Shown here in pieces: positions 1 to 8,708 of a DNA stretch of 53,973 nt; position 1 is the stretch's first letter, and each line of letters starts with the position of its first letter. Made by a program: the position numbers and the translations under genes. Origin of the DNA: Bdellovibrionota bacterium (lineage in GTDB: Bacteria > Bdellovibrionota_C > UBA2361 > OMII01); the NCBI GenBank assembly GCA_044344945.1, contig JBIJBZ010000003.1:1-53973 (forward strand). The letters are read 5' to 3'. Under the pieces are notes generated by a model that had not been told where the DNA came from, did not search any database, and was given only the letters and a program-made list of their open reading frames with translations.

Positions 1-311
1 AAATTTTTACCGGCTCCGGCGAGACCAAAGAGGTATATGACCGCGGGGGCAGTCGAGAGATCGAGAGAGTAGGGGGGGGGGGCAGGAGTGTTCTGCATCT
101 ACTATGCGGGAGTTGAATTGGGAACTACGCGGTGCGCCCCGAGAGTCTAGCTTGAATTCGATATGGGTTCAAATGTGGCTGTTGCGCCGGAATATGAGGG
201 GCTAATTCCCTGATTACGCGCCTACTTTGCCGTATTTCTAATGTCGGCCGCTCTGTTAGTGCTACGTGCTTTGGTGTAGTGTGGTAGGGCACACGGTCTC
301 AATATTTTAAT

Positions 312-1589
312 ATGAATTTGCCATCAAACACACTGAGTAAAGAGTCTCTCCAGCTTGCCTGGCTCGTTCGCATACGGTGGGCTGCGATACTCTCTCTGCT
401 TATTATCTTCTGTGGAGCCGACTACGTCTTGGGGCTCGACCTACCGTGGCTCGCGGTTGCCGGTACTCTAAGCTGGAGCGCCCTGGTAAATGTGCTTCTG
501 ATGTTTCGGTCGTCCGACGACTCACCTGCAGACGCAACGTTTGCAGGCATCTCACTAATCGTTGATGTGGTTGTATTGACGGTGCTGCTCTATCTCTGTG
601 GCGGTTACACGAATCCGTTTAGTATGATGTTTCTTGTCTATGTGACTTTAGCTGCGTTCTTCTTGAATGCCGCATGGACGTGGGCCGTGTTTGGAGTATC
701 GCTCTGCTCGTTTACTTCGCTTTTTATTTTTTACATCCCGATTCCACAGCTCAGCATGCATGCTCATCATGGGCACCATGCAGGATTTTCTTTGCATCTG
801 TACGGCATGTTTGTTGCCTTTGCCAGTATCGGGTTCATCACAGCCCTGTTTGTTACTCGTATGAACCGAGAGATCGCAACGCAGGCGCGGCGCATTCGAG
901 AGCTGGAACGAGTTGAGGATGAGCGTAGGAAGTTGATGGCCCTTGCCACGATAACAGCCGGCGCTGCTCATGAGTTGGGGACTCCATTAGCTACCCTCGC
1001 ACTTATCGGCGAGGATCTTCACCGTGAGTTTGCTTGCGATGACCGCTGGGGCGAGGATGTGCGGGTACTGAGTGCGGAGCTTGAACGGTGCGCGGTAATC
1101 CTTGGTCGGATGCGCGCGAATAATCCGGAGTTGAGTGGCGAAGCCCCGTCTGCGTTTCAGATAGCAGACGTTCTTGCGGAGGTAAAAAATGAGTTTGCCG
1201 GCAGTCCCGTAGTCGACTTCTCTGGTGCGGATGCGTCTGGCGTGTCAGTCCACTCTCTTCGTCGAGCCTTGATGTCCTCTCTCTGCGCGCTTGTTCGGAA
1301 TGGTGTGCAGGCGTGTGCTGCTGGGGGAAGAGTCGTGTGCGCTACCACAGTTGAGGATGATAGTATTGCGTTCTCAGTGTCAGATTCTGGCGTTGGTATG
1401 AGTGAAGAGACCAAGACTAGGGCTGGAGAGCCATTCTTTACCTCGAAGGAGCCAGGGCAGGGAATGGGTCTGGGGCTGTATCTTGCGAAGCTTTTTGTGC
1501 TTCAGGTCGGTGGTTCCCTGGATATTCACTCAGAGATGGGTCGGGGCACTCAAGTGAATCTGCGGATTCCAAGAGTGATGAGGGTGTGA
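312..1589 (+). CDS. regB: RegB/PrrB/ActS-family membrane sensor histidine kinase
   Basis: About six N-terminal TM segments; GGYTNPF (RegB GGxxNPF motif); H-box AAHELGTPL; Cys in LERCAVIL; G-boxes DSGVG and GMGLGL; overlaps a RegA-type regulator. Confidence 0.85.
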   Translation: MNLPSNTLSKESLQLAWLVRIRWAAILSLLIIFCGADYVLGLDLPWLAVAGTLSWSALVNVLLMFRSSDDSPADATFAGISLIVDVVVLTVLLYLCGGYTNPFSMMFLVYVTLAAFFLNAAWTWAVFGVSLCSFTSLFIFYIPIPQLSMHAHHGHHAGFSLHLYGMFVAFASIGFITALFVTRMNREIATQARRIRELERVEDERRKLMALATITAGAAHELGTPLATLALIGEDLHREFACDDRWGEDVRVLSAELERCAVILGRMRANNPELSGEAPSAFQIADVLAEVKNEFAGSPVVDFSGADASGVSVHSLRRALMSSLCALVRNGVQACAAGGRVVCATTVEDDSIAFSVSDSGVGMSEETKTRAGEPFFTSKEPGQGMGLGLYLAKLFVLQVGGSLDIHSEMGRGTQVNLRIPRVMRV

Positions 1590-2107
1590 TGGTGAGTTCA
1601 GTAGCGAGCATTGTGTTGTGTGATGATGATGCCACGTTTCGGCATCGGCTTGCTCGCTCTCTTCGAGAGCGGGGGTGTTGTGTTCATGAAGCGCAGAATG
1701 CTCAGGATGCGTTGGGGCTTCTCGATGAACATAATCCTGAGGCAGCGCTGATAGATCTGCGCATGCCTGGTGAGAATGGTCTGTGGTTTATTCGTGAGGC
1801 TAATGAACGAGGGTTCTCTGGAAAAATTGTAGTGTTGACCGGCTTTGGCAGTATCTCAACTGCGCTTGATGCGATTAGACTGGGCGCTCATAATTACCTC
1901 ACAAAACCGACCTCAGTGGATCAGATTCTCATGTCTTTTTTACCGCAAGGTACCACTAAACTCGGCGCGATACCGATGCCCTCGTTGGCTGAGGTGGAGG
2001 CCGAGTACGTACAGCGAGTTGTTGCGCAGTGCGACGGGAATGTGAGTCAGAGCGCAAAAATTCTCGGCGTTCATCGCCGCAGCTTGCAGCGAAAGCTCAG
2101 GCGTTAG
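1586..2107 (+). CDS. regA: RegA/PrrA-family response regulator (receiver + Fis-type HTH)
   Basis: Receiver motifs DDD, DLRMP, LTG, KP; C-terminal GNVSQSAKILGVHRRSLQRKL typical of RegA/PrrA. Confidence 0.88.
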   Translation: MMVSSVASIVLCDDDATFRHRLARSLRERGCCVHEAQNAQDALGLLDEHNPEAALIDLRMPGENGLWFIREANERGFSGKIVVLTGFGSISTALDAIRLGAHNYLTKPTSVDQILMSFLPQGTTKLGAIPMPSLAEVEAEYVQRVVAQCDGNVSQSAKILGVHRRSLQRKLRR

Positions 2108-2419
2108 AGTGTTTGCGTGCGGCAGAGTTCGCCGATTCCCGATATCAAAACGGGTCAGCTCGGCTTTGGTGCGGAGCAACATGCAATCTCTCGTTCGATC
2201 ACTCCAGAGTTAGAATAATTATTCTAAGAGTGTTTTTCACGCCCTGTGAGCGTGCCCATCTCCAGGCGACGTTCTCACGCTCAGCATGAGGGGGCTCATT
2301 CATTTTTTCGAACACTCCGTCTACTAATCCTGGCACCGCAGGTGTCGTCTCCACAGTGTTCCGTGAACGTGGCATGGGATCGCTTGCGGAATACTTTAGT
2401 AATAGGAGCCAAGGAAACT

Positions 2420-3814
2420 ATGGAACTGAGTAGGGTGGATGTAAGGAAAATGGACTGGCTGCGCGCGGCCCTGTCTGTTGTTGCAATGATTGCTACGATT
2501 GGGGTTGATTCGGTGGTTGCTGAGCCGCAGACAATTTACAGGGAGACATTCGGTTACTGCAGCGATTCACTCGGCAAAGAGGCAGCAGACCAGACGACAT
2601 GGATGGGCCTGGTACAGGGTATGCCTAAAGAGAAGGTCAGCAATCTCAAAGTTTTCTCCTACGGTAGCGTGGATATCGGAGGTTCAGTAAATAGCAATCC
2701 GAATGGTTTATCCCAGGGATACAGCTTTTGGTTTCGTCCGGTATACGGACTTAGTATTATAACTGCAGAGTTCCCGTTTGATGCTGGCCTCTTGAAGACC
2801 ACGCAGGCGCGGATCTCGTACAAGCAGCGGCTCAGTGGACTTGATGCCAGTCTGCAGCCCAACAAGACCCAACTGGCGGTGCTTATCGATGACTATTGGT
2901 ATATCTCAGGCGAAGCAGTTCCCCAGGTTCGGATCGGGATTTGGGAAGATGTCGTTGTAAATCCAGCAAACCTCACCTACGGTGTGGTGCCGTTGGTGCC
3001 GGGTTTAGGACCAACAATCCCCGCTGCGTACAACGCACCATTGCCAGCAGCAGGTACGGTTCGAGCCTTCGGACTGTTTCTCGCCGAGGTTAACGGCCGA
3101 GTGCGGATTGATAACTTTACGATCTCCTCGGTTTTACCGATGGGCAGCACGGTCTCTACGGCAGTCAAGGCACCAAGCGTCGACGCCTGTCCCGATGGTA
3201 GTCCTGATAAGACGGGAATGTTTACTCCTCAACCTACGCCGAATCCGGACGACGGTGACTCAACGCCGGATTACGGGACTCCTGATGCAACACCCACTCC
3301 AACGCCCACAGCTGGTGGGGATAGCATTCAAACGATCCAGTACGCCTTCTGCCCGTTGAAGCAGCAGGGAACTGGTCGAGCTATCAAGGTTTCTGGAGCA
3401 GCACGATCGAAGGTGTTGAAGAAGATCCCGCAAACTACTCTCCTCAATCTGCGAGACAGGGCGATCTTCTTCATCCTTGGGCAGCGCTCGGTACCGCTCG
3501 GAGCTTTGGTAAATGTGAAAGTAGGGGACTACAATATGCAGACCGGAGTTTTAACGCTATCGATACGTGCTTCGGCGAAGCCGATTCGGGTCAAACTACG
3601 CAAATCAGGGCAGCAGGCTCTGGCTCAGTACCTAGCAGCTGCAGGTGCTCCGAGTAGTATTACGGCGCCCCTGTTCATCTCAGCGTCTTCAATAGGCACA
3701 CTCAAGGACCTGCAAAGCGCGGTGTGCTTGTCTGAGATTACAAAAATGGCTCGAACGAGAAGTAAGCGAGCAAATGTAGTGCTTGCGGGGCTTCGTGGTT
3801 CTGTGCGGAAGTAA
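2420..3814 (+). CDS. Putative secreted protein: signal peptide, beta-rich domain, Pro/Thr linker, C-terminal degenerate tyrosine-recombinase-like segment
   Basis: Long ORF (track start 2246); ATG at 2420 or 2450, each preceded by AAGGA; hydrophobic signal ending VVA-EP; PTPTPT linker; RDRAIFFIL...LVNVKVGDY...ALAQYL...PLFIS resembles the XerC/D catalytic domain. Confidence 0.75.
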   Translation: MELSRVDVRKMDWLRAALSVVAMIATIGVDSVVAEPQTIYRETFGYCSDSLGKEAADQTTWMGLVQGMPKEKVSNLKVFSYGSVDIGGSVNSNPNGLSQGYSFWFRPVYGLSIITAEFPFDAGLLKTTQARISYKQRLSGLDASLQPNKTQLAVLIDDYWYISGEAVPQVRIGIWEDVVVNPANLTYGVVPLVPGLGPTIPAAYNAPLPAAGTVRAFGLFLAEVNGRVRIDNFTISSVLPMGSTVSTAVKAPSVDACPDGSPDKTGMFTPQPTPNPDDGDSTPDYGTPDATPTPTPTAGGDSIQTIQYAFCPLKQQGTGRAIKVSGAARSKVLKKIPQTTLLNLRDRAIFFILGQRSVPLGALVNVKVGDYNMQTGVLTLSIRASAKPIRVKLRKSGQQALAQYLAAAGAPSSITAPLFISASSIGTLKDLQSAVCLSEITKMARTRSKRANVVLAGLRGSVRK

Positions 3815-3840
3815 GGAACCTGTCCAAAGTCAGTGTTGGT

Positions 3841-3876
3841 GCGGCGCTTGAGGATTTCCTCCAGCGCCGCTTTTTT
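3841..3876 (+). terminator. Rho-independent terminator
   Basis: GCGGCGCT-TGAGG-ATTT-CCTC-C-AGCGCCGC stem followed by TTTTTT, about 25 bp after the upstream stop codon. Confidence 0.85.
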
Positions 3877-3988
3877 GTGTTTCACCATGTTTACCCTTGT
3901 TTGGGCGTTGGTGTGGTCGCTACGATGGTCAGGATTTGGCTACGTGTGTTCTTAATGCTACGTAGCGCCTTGTGGAAGGGTCTACGCC

Positions 3989-5818
3989 ATGAAAACTCTG
4001 AACGCCGCAATCGCGCTTCTGACTGTGATAGGAATCGTGCTTTCAGTTGTGTTACGATTCGTTTTCGGAGCCCCGGAGGGGATCGTTGATATCCCTGTTC
4101 TCGCAGTTTTGGCGCTTGGGGGTGGTGTACTCGTATTCCGTCTGATCGTAGGAATGCTCCGTGGCGAGTTCGGCTCGGATCTGCTCGCCGGGATCTCAAT
4201 TGTAACGTCGCTCTTGCTCGGTGAGTACGTTGCGGGCTCCCTGGTTGTTCTCATGTTATCGGGAGGCTCTGCCCTTGAGGAAGCTGCCATGCGCAGGGCC
4301 TCTTCTGTACTCGATGCACTTGCTAAGCGGATGCCCTCGATCGCGCACCGCAGACGAGGTCCCCATATGGAGGACCTCGCTGTGCAAGAGGTGCGGGCCG
4401 GAGACGAGCTAGTAGTGCTTCCGCATGAACTGTGTCCCGTGGACGGTATAGTAATAGAGGGGCATGGTTCTATGGACGAGTCGTATCTCACCGGCGAGCC
4501 GTATCGCATCTCAAAGACCCCGGGGTGTGAGGTTATCTCAGGTGCTATCAACGGTGAGGGTGCGGTTGTAATCCGCGCACTGCGAGAGGCGCAGGACTCG
4601 CGCTACGTGAAGATTATGATGGTTATGGACGCCTCTCGTCAGCGGAGACCGCGGATGCGACGTCTGGCCGATAAGCTCGGGGCTCTGTATACCCCGTGCG
4701 CTGTGGCGCTCGCGTTGATCGCGTGGATCACATCGGGGGATTCTCTGCGTTTTTTGGCGGTGCTCGTTGTTGCTACCCCGTGTCCGCTGATCATCGCGAT
4801 ACCCGTTGCAATTATCGGCGCGATCTCGTGGTGTGCAAAGCGCGGTATCATCATCAAGGATCCGATCGTTCTTGAGCGTGCGCAGAGCTGTGAAGTTCTT
4901 ATCACTGATAAAACGGGAACGCTTACGGTTGGAGAGCCTGTGCTTGAGTCGATTCAGACCCGAGGGGTATCAGAGGAGGAGATTCTACAGTTAGCGGCGA
5001 GTCTTGAGCAGTACTCAAAGCATCCGCTCGCATCGCCGGTTCTTGAATATGCTCGGGCGAGGAATATCGTCCTCGTGCAAGTGACAGATGCGCATGAGTT
5101 CCCAGGACAGGGGCTCGCTGGTTCGGTGCACGGTAAGGATGTGGTCATTACGGGTCGACGTTCAATGACGCCTGAGGCTATTGCCTGCTTTGAGCAATCT
5201 GCCTCGGGGCTTGAGTGCATCGTACTTATTAATGACGAGCCGGCGGCGCTCTTTCGATTTCGGGATCAAGCGCGACCGGAGAGTCATTCGTTTGTCTCGC
5301 ATCTGGGGCCGGAACACAATTTTCGCGATATTATTCTTTTGTCAGGTGACCGTAGTCAGGAGGTCGAGTACCTTGCGGGGCAGCTCGGAATTGCGCGCGT
5401 ATTCGCGGGTAAATCTCCGGAGGAGAAGGTGGCGATCGTTCAGGATGAAACACGGCGAGCACAGACCTTGTACTTAGGAGATGGTATTAACGACGCACCA
5501 GCATTAGCTGCAGCAACTGTTGGTGTGGCTTTCGGACCACGCAGCGATATCACTTCTGAGGCAGCTGGTGCTGTGATTCTGGAGCCGTCTCTGAGAAAAG
5601 TCGATCAGTTGCTTCACATTAGTGCCCACCTGCAGAGGGTGGCAACCCAGAGCGCCGTTGGTGGTATGGCTCTCAGCTTCCTGGGAATGTGCGTGGCGAC
5701 CTTCGGCTATCTCCCGCCAGTTCTGGGTGCGTTGGTTCAGGAAGGAATCGATCTCTTTGCCGTATTAAATGCGTTGCGTGCATCGTCGCTCCGAGGTCAC
5801 GAGAGTAATCATATCTAA
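3989..5818 (+). CDS. Heavy-metal-translocating P-type ATPase, P1B-5 subtype, without hemerythrin domain
   Basis: LTGE, TPCP, DKTGT, HP, GDGINDAP motifs; QSAVGGMALS (Q-x4-G-x3-S) and PVLGALVQEGID (P-x6-QE-x2-D); no N-terminal CxxC domain. Confidence 0.9.
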   Translation: MKTLNAAIALLTVIGIVLSVVLRFVFGAPEGIVDIPVLAVLALGGGVLVFRLIVGMLRGEFGSDLLAGISIVTSLLLGEYVAGSLVVLMLSGGSALEEAAMRRASSVLDALAKRMPSIAHRRRGPHMEDLAVQEVRAGDELVVLPHELCPVDGIVIEGHGSMDESYLTGEPYRISKTPGCEVISGAINGEGAVVIRALREAQDSRYVKIMMVMDASRQRRPRMRRLADKLGALYTPCAVALALIAWITSGDSLRFLAVLVVATPCPLIIAIPVAIIGAISWCAKRGIIIKDPIVLERAQSCEVLITDKTGTLTVGEPVLESIQTRGVSEEEILQLAASLEQYSKHPLASPVLEYARARNIVLVQVTDAHEFPGQGLAGSVHGKDVVITGRRSMTPEAIACFEQSASGLECIVLINDEPAALFRFRDQARPESHSFVSHLGPEHNFRDIILLSGDRSQEVEYLAGQLGIARVFAGKSPEEKVAIVQDETRRAQTLYLGDGINDAPALAAATVGVAFGPRSDITSEAAGAVILEPSLRKVDQLLHISAHLQRVATQSAVGGMALSFLGMCVATFGYLPPVLGALVQEGIDLFAVLNALRASSLRGHESNHI

Positions 5819-5856
5819 CGGGTGTCGTGCATGACGCCGTCGAAGATCCGTTTCTA

Positions 5857-5877
5857 CGTGAACGTGCTCGTGTCCGA
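5857..5877 (+). repeat. Hexamer array 1 (CGTGAA-like units ending in CGA)
   Basis: CGTGAA CGTGCT CGTGTC CGA. Confidence 0.6.
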
Positions 5878-5970
5878 AATTGAAACATCCTGAGTCTGTC
5901 TCTAAATTAGAGTGAGATAAGTAAATATGGCTCTTCGTGAAATCGAGCGGGTAAAATTGGTGTTAGCGGA

Positions 5971-6009
5971 CGTGAAGATGTTCGTGCACGTAAACCTGAA
6001 CGTACCCGA
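5971..6009 (+). repeat. Hexamer array 2, left arm of the inverted repeat around the four-helix-bundle gene
   Basis: CGTGAA GATGTT CGTGCA CGTAAA CCTGAA CGTACC CGA (39 bp). Confidence 0.8.
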
Positions 6010-6019
6010 AAAAGTGTGT

Positions 6020-6351
6020 TCACACGCCCTGAAGGCAGAGTTTAGAAAGCATGGCCCCAATCCGTGTAAGCAAAAGCTTTCCGGTGCGATATTCGTCCAA
6101 GGAGAGGTGGCCAAGAGCCTTAACAAATCAAAGAGGGCACCACACTCCGTGACGGACCCTCGTGCTATTGAGAAATAGCGCCGTTTATCGGCTTGTTTGA
6201 GCTTGCCGGCACCTTCGGCGATGTTGAGCACAATCGAAAATGATGCGCGCTTACACTGATCTTGGAGTTCTCCGTTTCCCCTGGGTAGCCGGTCTCGAAC
6301 CTACACAGCCAGAGGAATACGGTGAACATCCAATTTTTCGTAATCCAGCAT
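6020..6351 (-). pseudogene. Four-helix-bundle protein (23S rRNA IVS-protein/Avd-like fold), pseudogene
   Basis: ATG at 6351 after GAGGAG reads MLDYEKLDVH...; in-frame TAG at 6303-6301; then DQCKRASFSIVLNIAEGAGK...YFSIARGSVTEC; the family-like C-terminus GKLLLTRIGAMLSKL lies in a shifted frame ending at TGA 6022-6020. Confidence 0.85.
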
Positions 6352-6390
6352 ACTCCTCGATATCGATCGGCGGGGCAGAAAGTTGCTAGA

Positions 6391-6429
6391 TCGGGTACGT
6401 TCACGCTCACGTTTACAAGCACGTTCACG
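6391..6429 (-). repeat. Hexamer array 3, right arm of the inverted repeat
   Basis: Reverse complement reads CGTGAA CGTGCT TGTAAA CGTGAG CGTGAA CGTACC CGA (39 bp), in the same register as 5971-6009; the terminal 13 bp TGAACGTACCCGA are identical. Confidence 0.8.
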
Positions 6430-6541
6430 CGGAAATACGTGATGTATCACTAAAAACAATGGGTTGTGCCCCATCAGTAGTCATTGGCACCAATTTGATT
6501 TCCCGATGACTCGTAAATATGAAAGGCCTCCCGAACTATAC

Positions 6542-6580
6542 TCGGGTAGGTTTACGTTCACGTTTGCGAGCTCGTTAACG
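6542..6580 (-). repeat. Hexamer array 4
   Basis: Reverse complement reads CGTTAA CGAGCT CGCAAA CGTGAA CGTAAA CCTACC CGA (39 bp). Confidence 0.75.
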
Positions 6581-6741
6581 GGGCAGTCCAGTCAGGTGGG
6601 ATAGGCTAGCCCTGGCATAACCCTTGATATCCGATATAGGTGAGGGGCTTTGTTTCCTCGCGCCTGTCTTGAGTCGCCGCAGAGAGCGCACCCTTGAGCA
6701 GTCTTCTTAATACTTTATTCGTACAGTTAATCCAGGCTATT

Positions 6742-8148
6742 ATGAGACGAGCTGCCGTATTTCTCACCAGTATTTTCTGCATATGCTCTACCGCTCACGC
6801 AGCTGTTCCTAGTGACTTTGATGGCGATGGCGTTTCAGACCTGACACGGGTCGAGGAGCAGAGTGACGGATCTTTGACGTGGAAGGCGGTCTCCTCCAAC
6901 TCGGGAAATACCATAGAGCTTGGTTCCCTCGGAAAAGCAAGGGACTTGCCGGCGATGGCACAGTGGCTGAGCGCGGGCACTCAGATCGGTGTCGCCTCAC
7001 TCGATGAGACAGCGGGGACGATTACCTGGTCAATCCTCGATGGGGCATCTACTAGAGTAGACCGAATATTCGGGAAGAAGGGAGATCTCGTTGTTTCTGG
7101 TGCTGATTTCAATGGCAATGGGATCGCTGATGCCGCAGTTGTCCGGCTTGTTAGCGGAGTCGCTCAATGGCAGATCGCGTACGATCTCTTTTCAGTGGCG
7201 TCTCCTGAAACAGCTACGTTCGAATTTGGGAAGGCAGGAGACCGCGCATTTTACGCACGTGTTGAGGGTGGAGCCCTCGATTGGGTTGGAATGATGCGCA
7301 AGGGCCGGCGGAGTCGATCGACAGCGCTGATGCGAAATCCGGGTACGGGTGAAGTGCGACAATTCAAGCGCATGCCAAAGCTTGCAAGCACTGGGGCTCG
7401 CCCACGCGCGTTCCCAATCCGGCAATCAGTCGGCGGTGATTTGCTCGGTTTTCAATATGCCAAGGGTGGGGGAACTGTGATCGTGGCGTACTCCTTTGGC
7501 GGGGCAAAGATCTCCTCTGATACGTCGGCTGGAAGCGGGATCTCCGTGGTTGGCGATTTTAACGCCGGTGATGGCTTTGAGGTTGCGTATCAAAGTGTGC
7601 CGGAGAGTGTAGTCATCAATCCTCTCCAAGGCGAGGTTCGAGAGATATCGAATGCGGGCGGTATCCCGGTTGATGAGATCAACATTACAACCCTCGGTGC
7701 TCCTGCGGCTATGCCTACACCAACAGGAGGGTCGTCAGGGGGAGGAGATTCAACAGGAGGCTCGCTGGCTCAATGCTCCCAGATGACAAGCTTGCCGGGT
7801 GGCTACGTGTATAAGACTGTTGGTTCGCACCACTTCACTGATGTGCGTAGGAACACAATCGGTGTTGTGGTTAAGCCCGGAGGTCGAGGTCCGTTTCCCA
7901 GCTGTGTAAACGTAATCGATACGCAAGGGAACCTAGTCGCTAAACTGGCTTTGTATTCCAAAGGCGCTGGTTGGGCAGCTCGGTACTATGCAGGAGTAGG
8001 ATGCGCTACTGGCACTCCATTGAACGGTGCTGCTGTTGCCTCGAAGGCGCGCGCGAGGACCGGTAGCTCCAAGGTATACTTAAACTTTGGTGGAAACTGC
8101 TACGGTCCTATCGAAGGGAACAAGTGCGTCGGTAGCGCGCATTGCTAG
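6742..8148 (+). CDS. Secreted FG-GAP/VCBS-like repeat protein with Gly/Ser linker and Cys-rich C-terminal domain
   Basis: Signal peptide MRRAAVFL...TAHA; DFDGDG, DFNGNG and GDFNAGDG Ca-binding-type motifs; PTPTGGSSGGG linker; six Cys in the final domain. Confidence 0.8.
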   Translation: MRRAAVFLTSIFCICSTAHAAVPSDFDGDGVSDLTRVEEQSDGSLTWKAVSSNSGNTIELGSLGKARDLPAMAQWLSAGTQIGVASLDETAGTITWSILDGASTRVDRIFGKKGDLVVSGADFNGNGIADAAVVRLVSGVAQWQIAYDLFSVASPETATFEFGKAGDRAFYARVEGGALDWVGMMRKGRRSRSTALMRNPGTGEVRQFKRMPKLASTGARPRAFPIRQSVGGDLLGFQYAKGGGTVIVAYSFGGAKISSDTSAGSGISVVGDFNAGDGFEVAYQSVPESVVINPLQGEVREISNAGGIPVDEINITTLGAPAAMPTPTGGSSGGGDSTGGSLAQCSQMTSLPGGYVYKTVGSHHFTDVRRNTIGVVVKPGGRGPFPSCVNVIDTQGNLVAKLALYSKGAGWAARYYAGVGCATGTPLNGAAVASKARARTGSSKVYLNFGGNCYGPIEGNKCVGSAHC

Positions 8149-8329
8149 TCACACTTCCGTGTAGTTGCACGGATTATGCTGACCAATGTAGGTCTCGCAG
8201 GGCGGGTTGATTTTCAAGTATCTGAATACACAAAGGTTTAATCACAGCCACGCAACTGCCAACATTCCGGCTCATTTGCTAAACCTATCAGGGCTATCGG
8301 CCGACTCCTCTTTTCAGTGAGGTGAAGGC

Positions 8330-8677
8330 ATGAGCGGCTGTTATCAGTGCGGACTGGCAGAAGGTAGCGAGACTCGTTTGTGTGAAACCTGTTATCGAAA
8401 CAGGTTTTATCGGGAACTCGTAGTCGTGCAGCCTGCGTCTGGAGAAGATTGCCCGAGTATCGATATGTCCCCTCGGGTACAATGTTGGGTCTTGAGCGGG
8501 GGAGCGGTTTTGTGTGTCGGTATCCTCGGGCTCATGCTTCTTGTGCAGGGGCATTCATCCGGTCTTAGTACGTCAGCTTTACAAAAGGAGTTCGTTCGCA
8601 CAGAGTCAGGGTACGTTCCGGTGAGCCATGAGCGCCACTTTGGTGTCCTCTCTCCTCCTGTAAGTTCCAAGAGCTAA
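8330..8677 (+). CDS. Small hypothetical protein, N-terminal CxxC...CxxC zinc-ribbon-like motif and one TM helix
   Basis: CYQC...CETC; hydrophobic stretch WVLSGGAVLCVGILGLMLLV; GAGGTG upstream of the ATG. Confidence 0.55.
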   Translation: MSGCYQCGLAEGSETRLCETCYRNRFYRELVVVQPASGEDCPSIDMSPRVQCWVLSGGAVLCVGILGLMLLVQGHSSGLSTSALQKEFVRTESGYVPVSHERHFGVLSPPVSSKS

Positions 8678-8708
8678 TCTTACTCGGCATTGGTGCGATA
8701 TTCCGGCT

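Noticed and set aside
5927-6428. Short ORFs 5927..6178 (+) and 6165..6428 (-) with VNV-type repeats
   Set aside because: They are translations of the hexamer arrays or alternative frames of the four-helix-bundle pseudogene.
5857-6580. CRISPR array or diversity-generating retroelement
   Set aside because: The repeats are degenerate, inverted and irregularly spaced. There are no cas genes, reverse transcriptase or TR/VR pair in the window.
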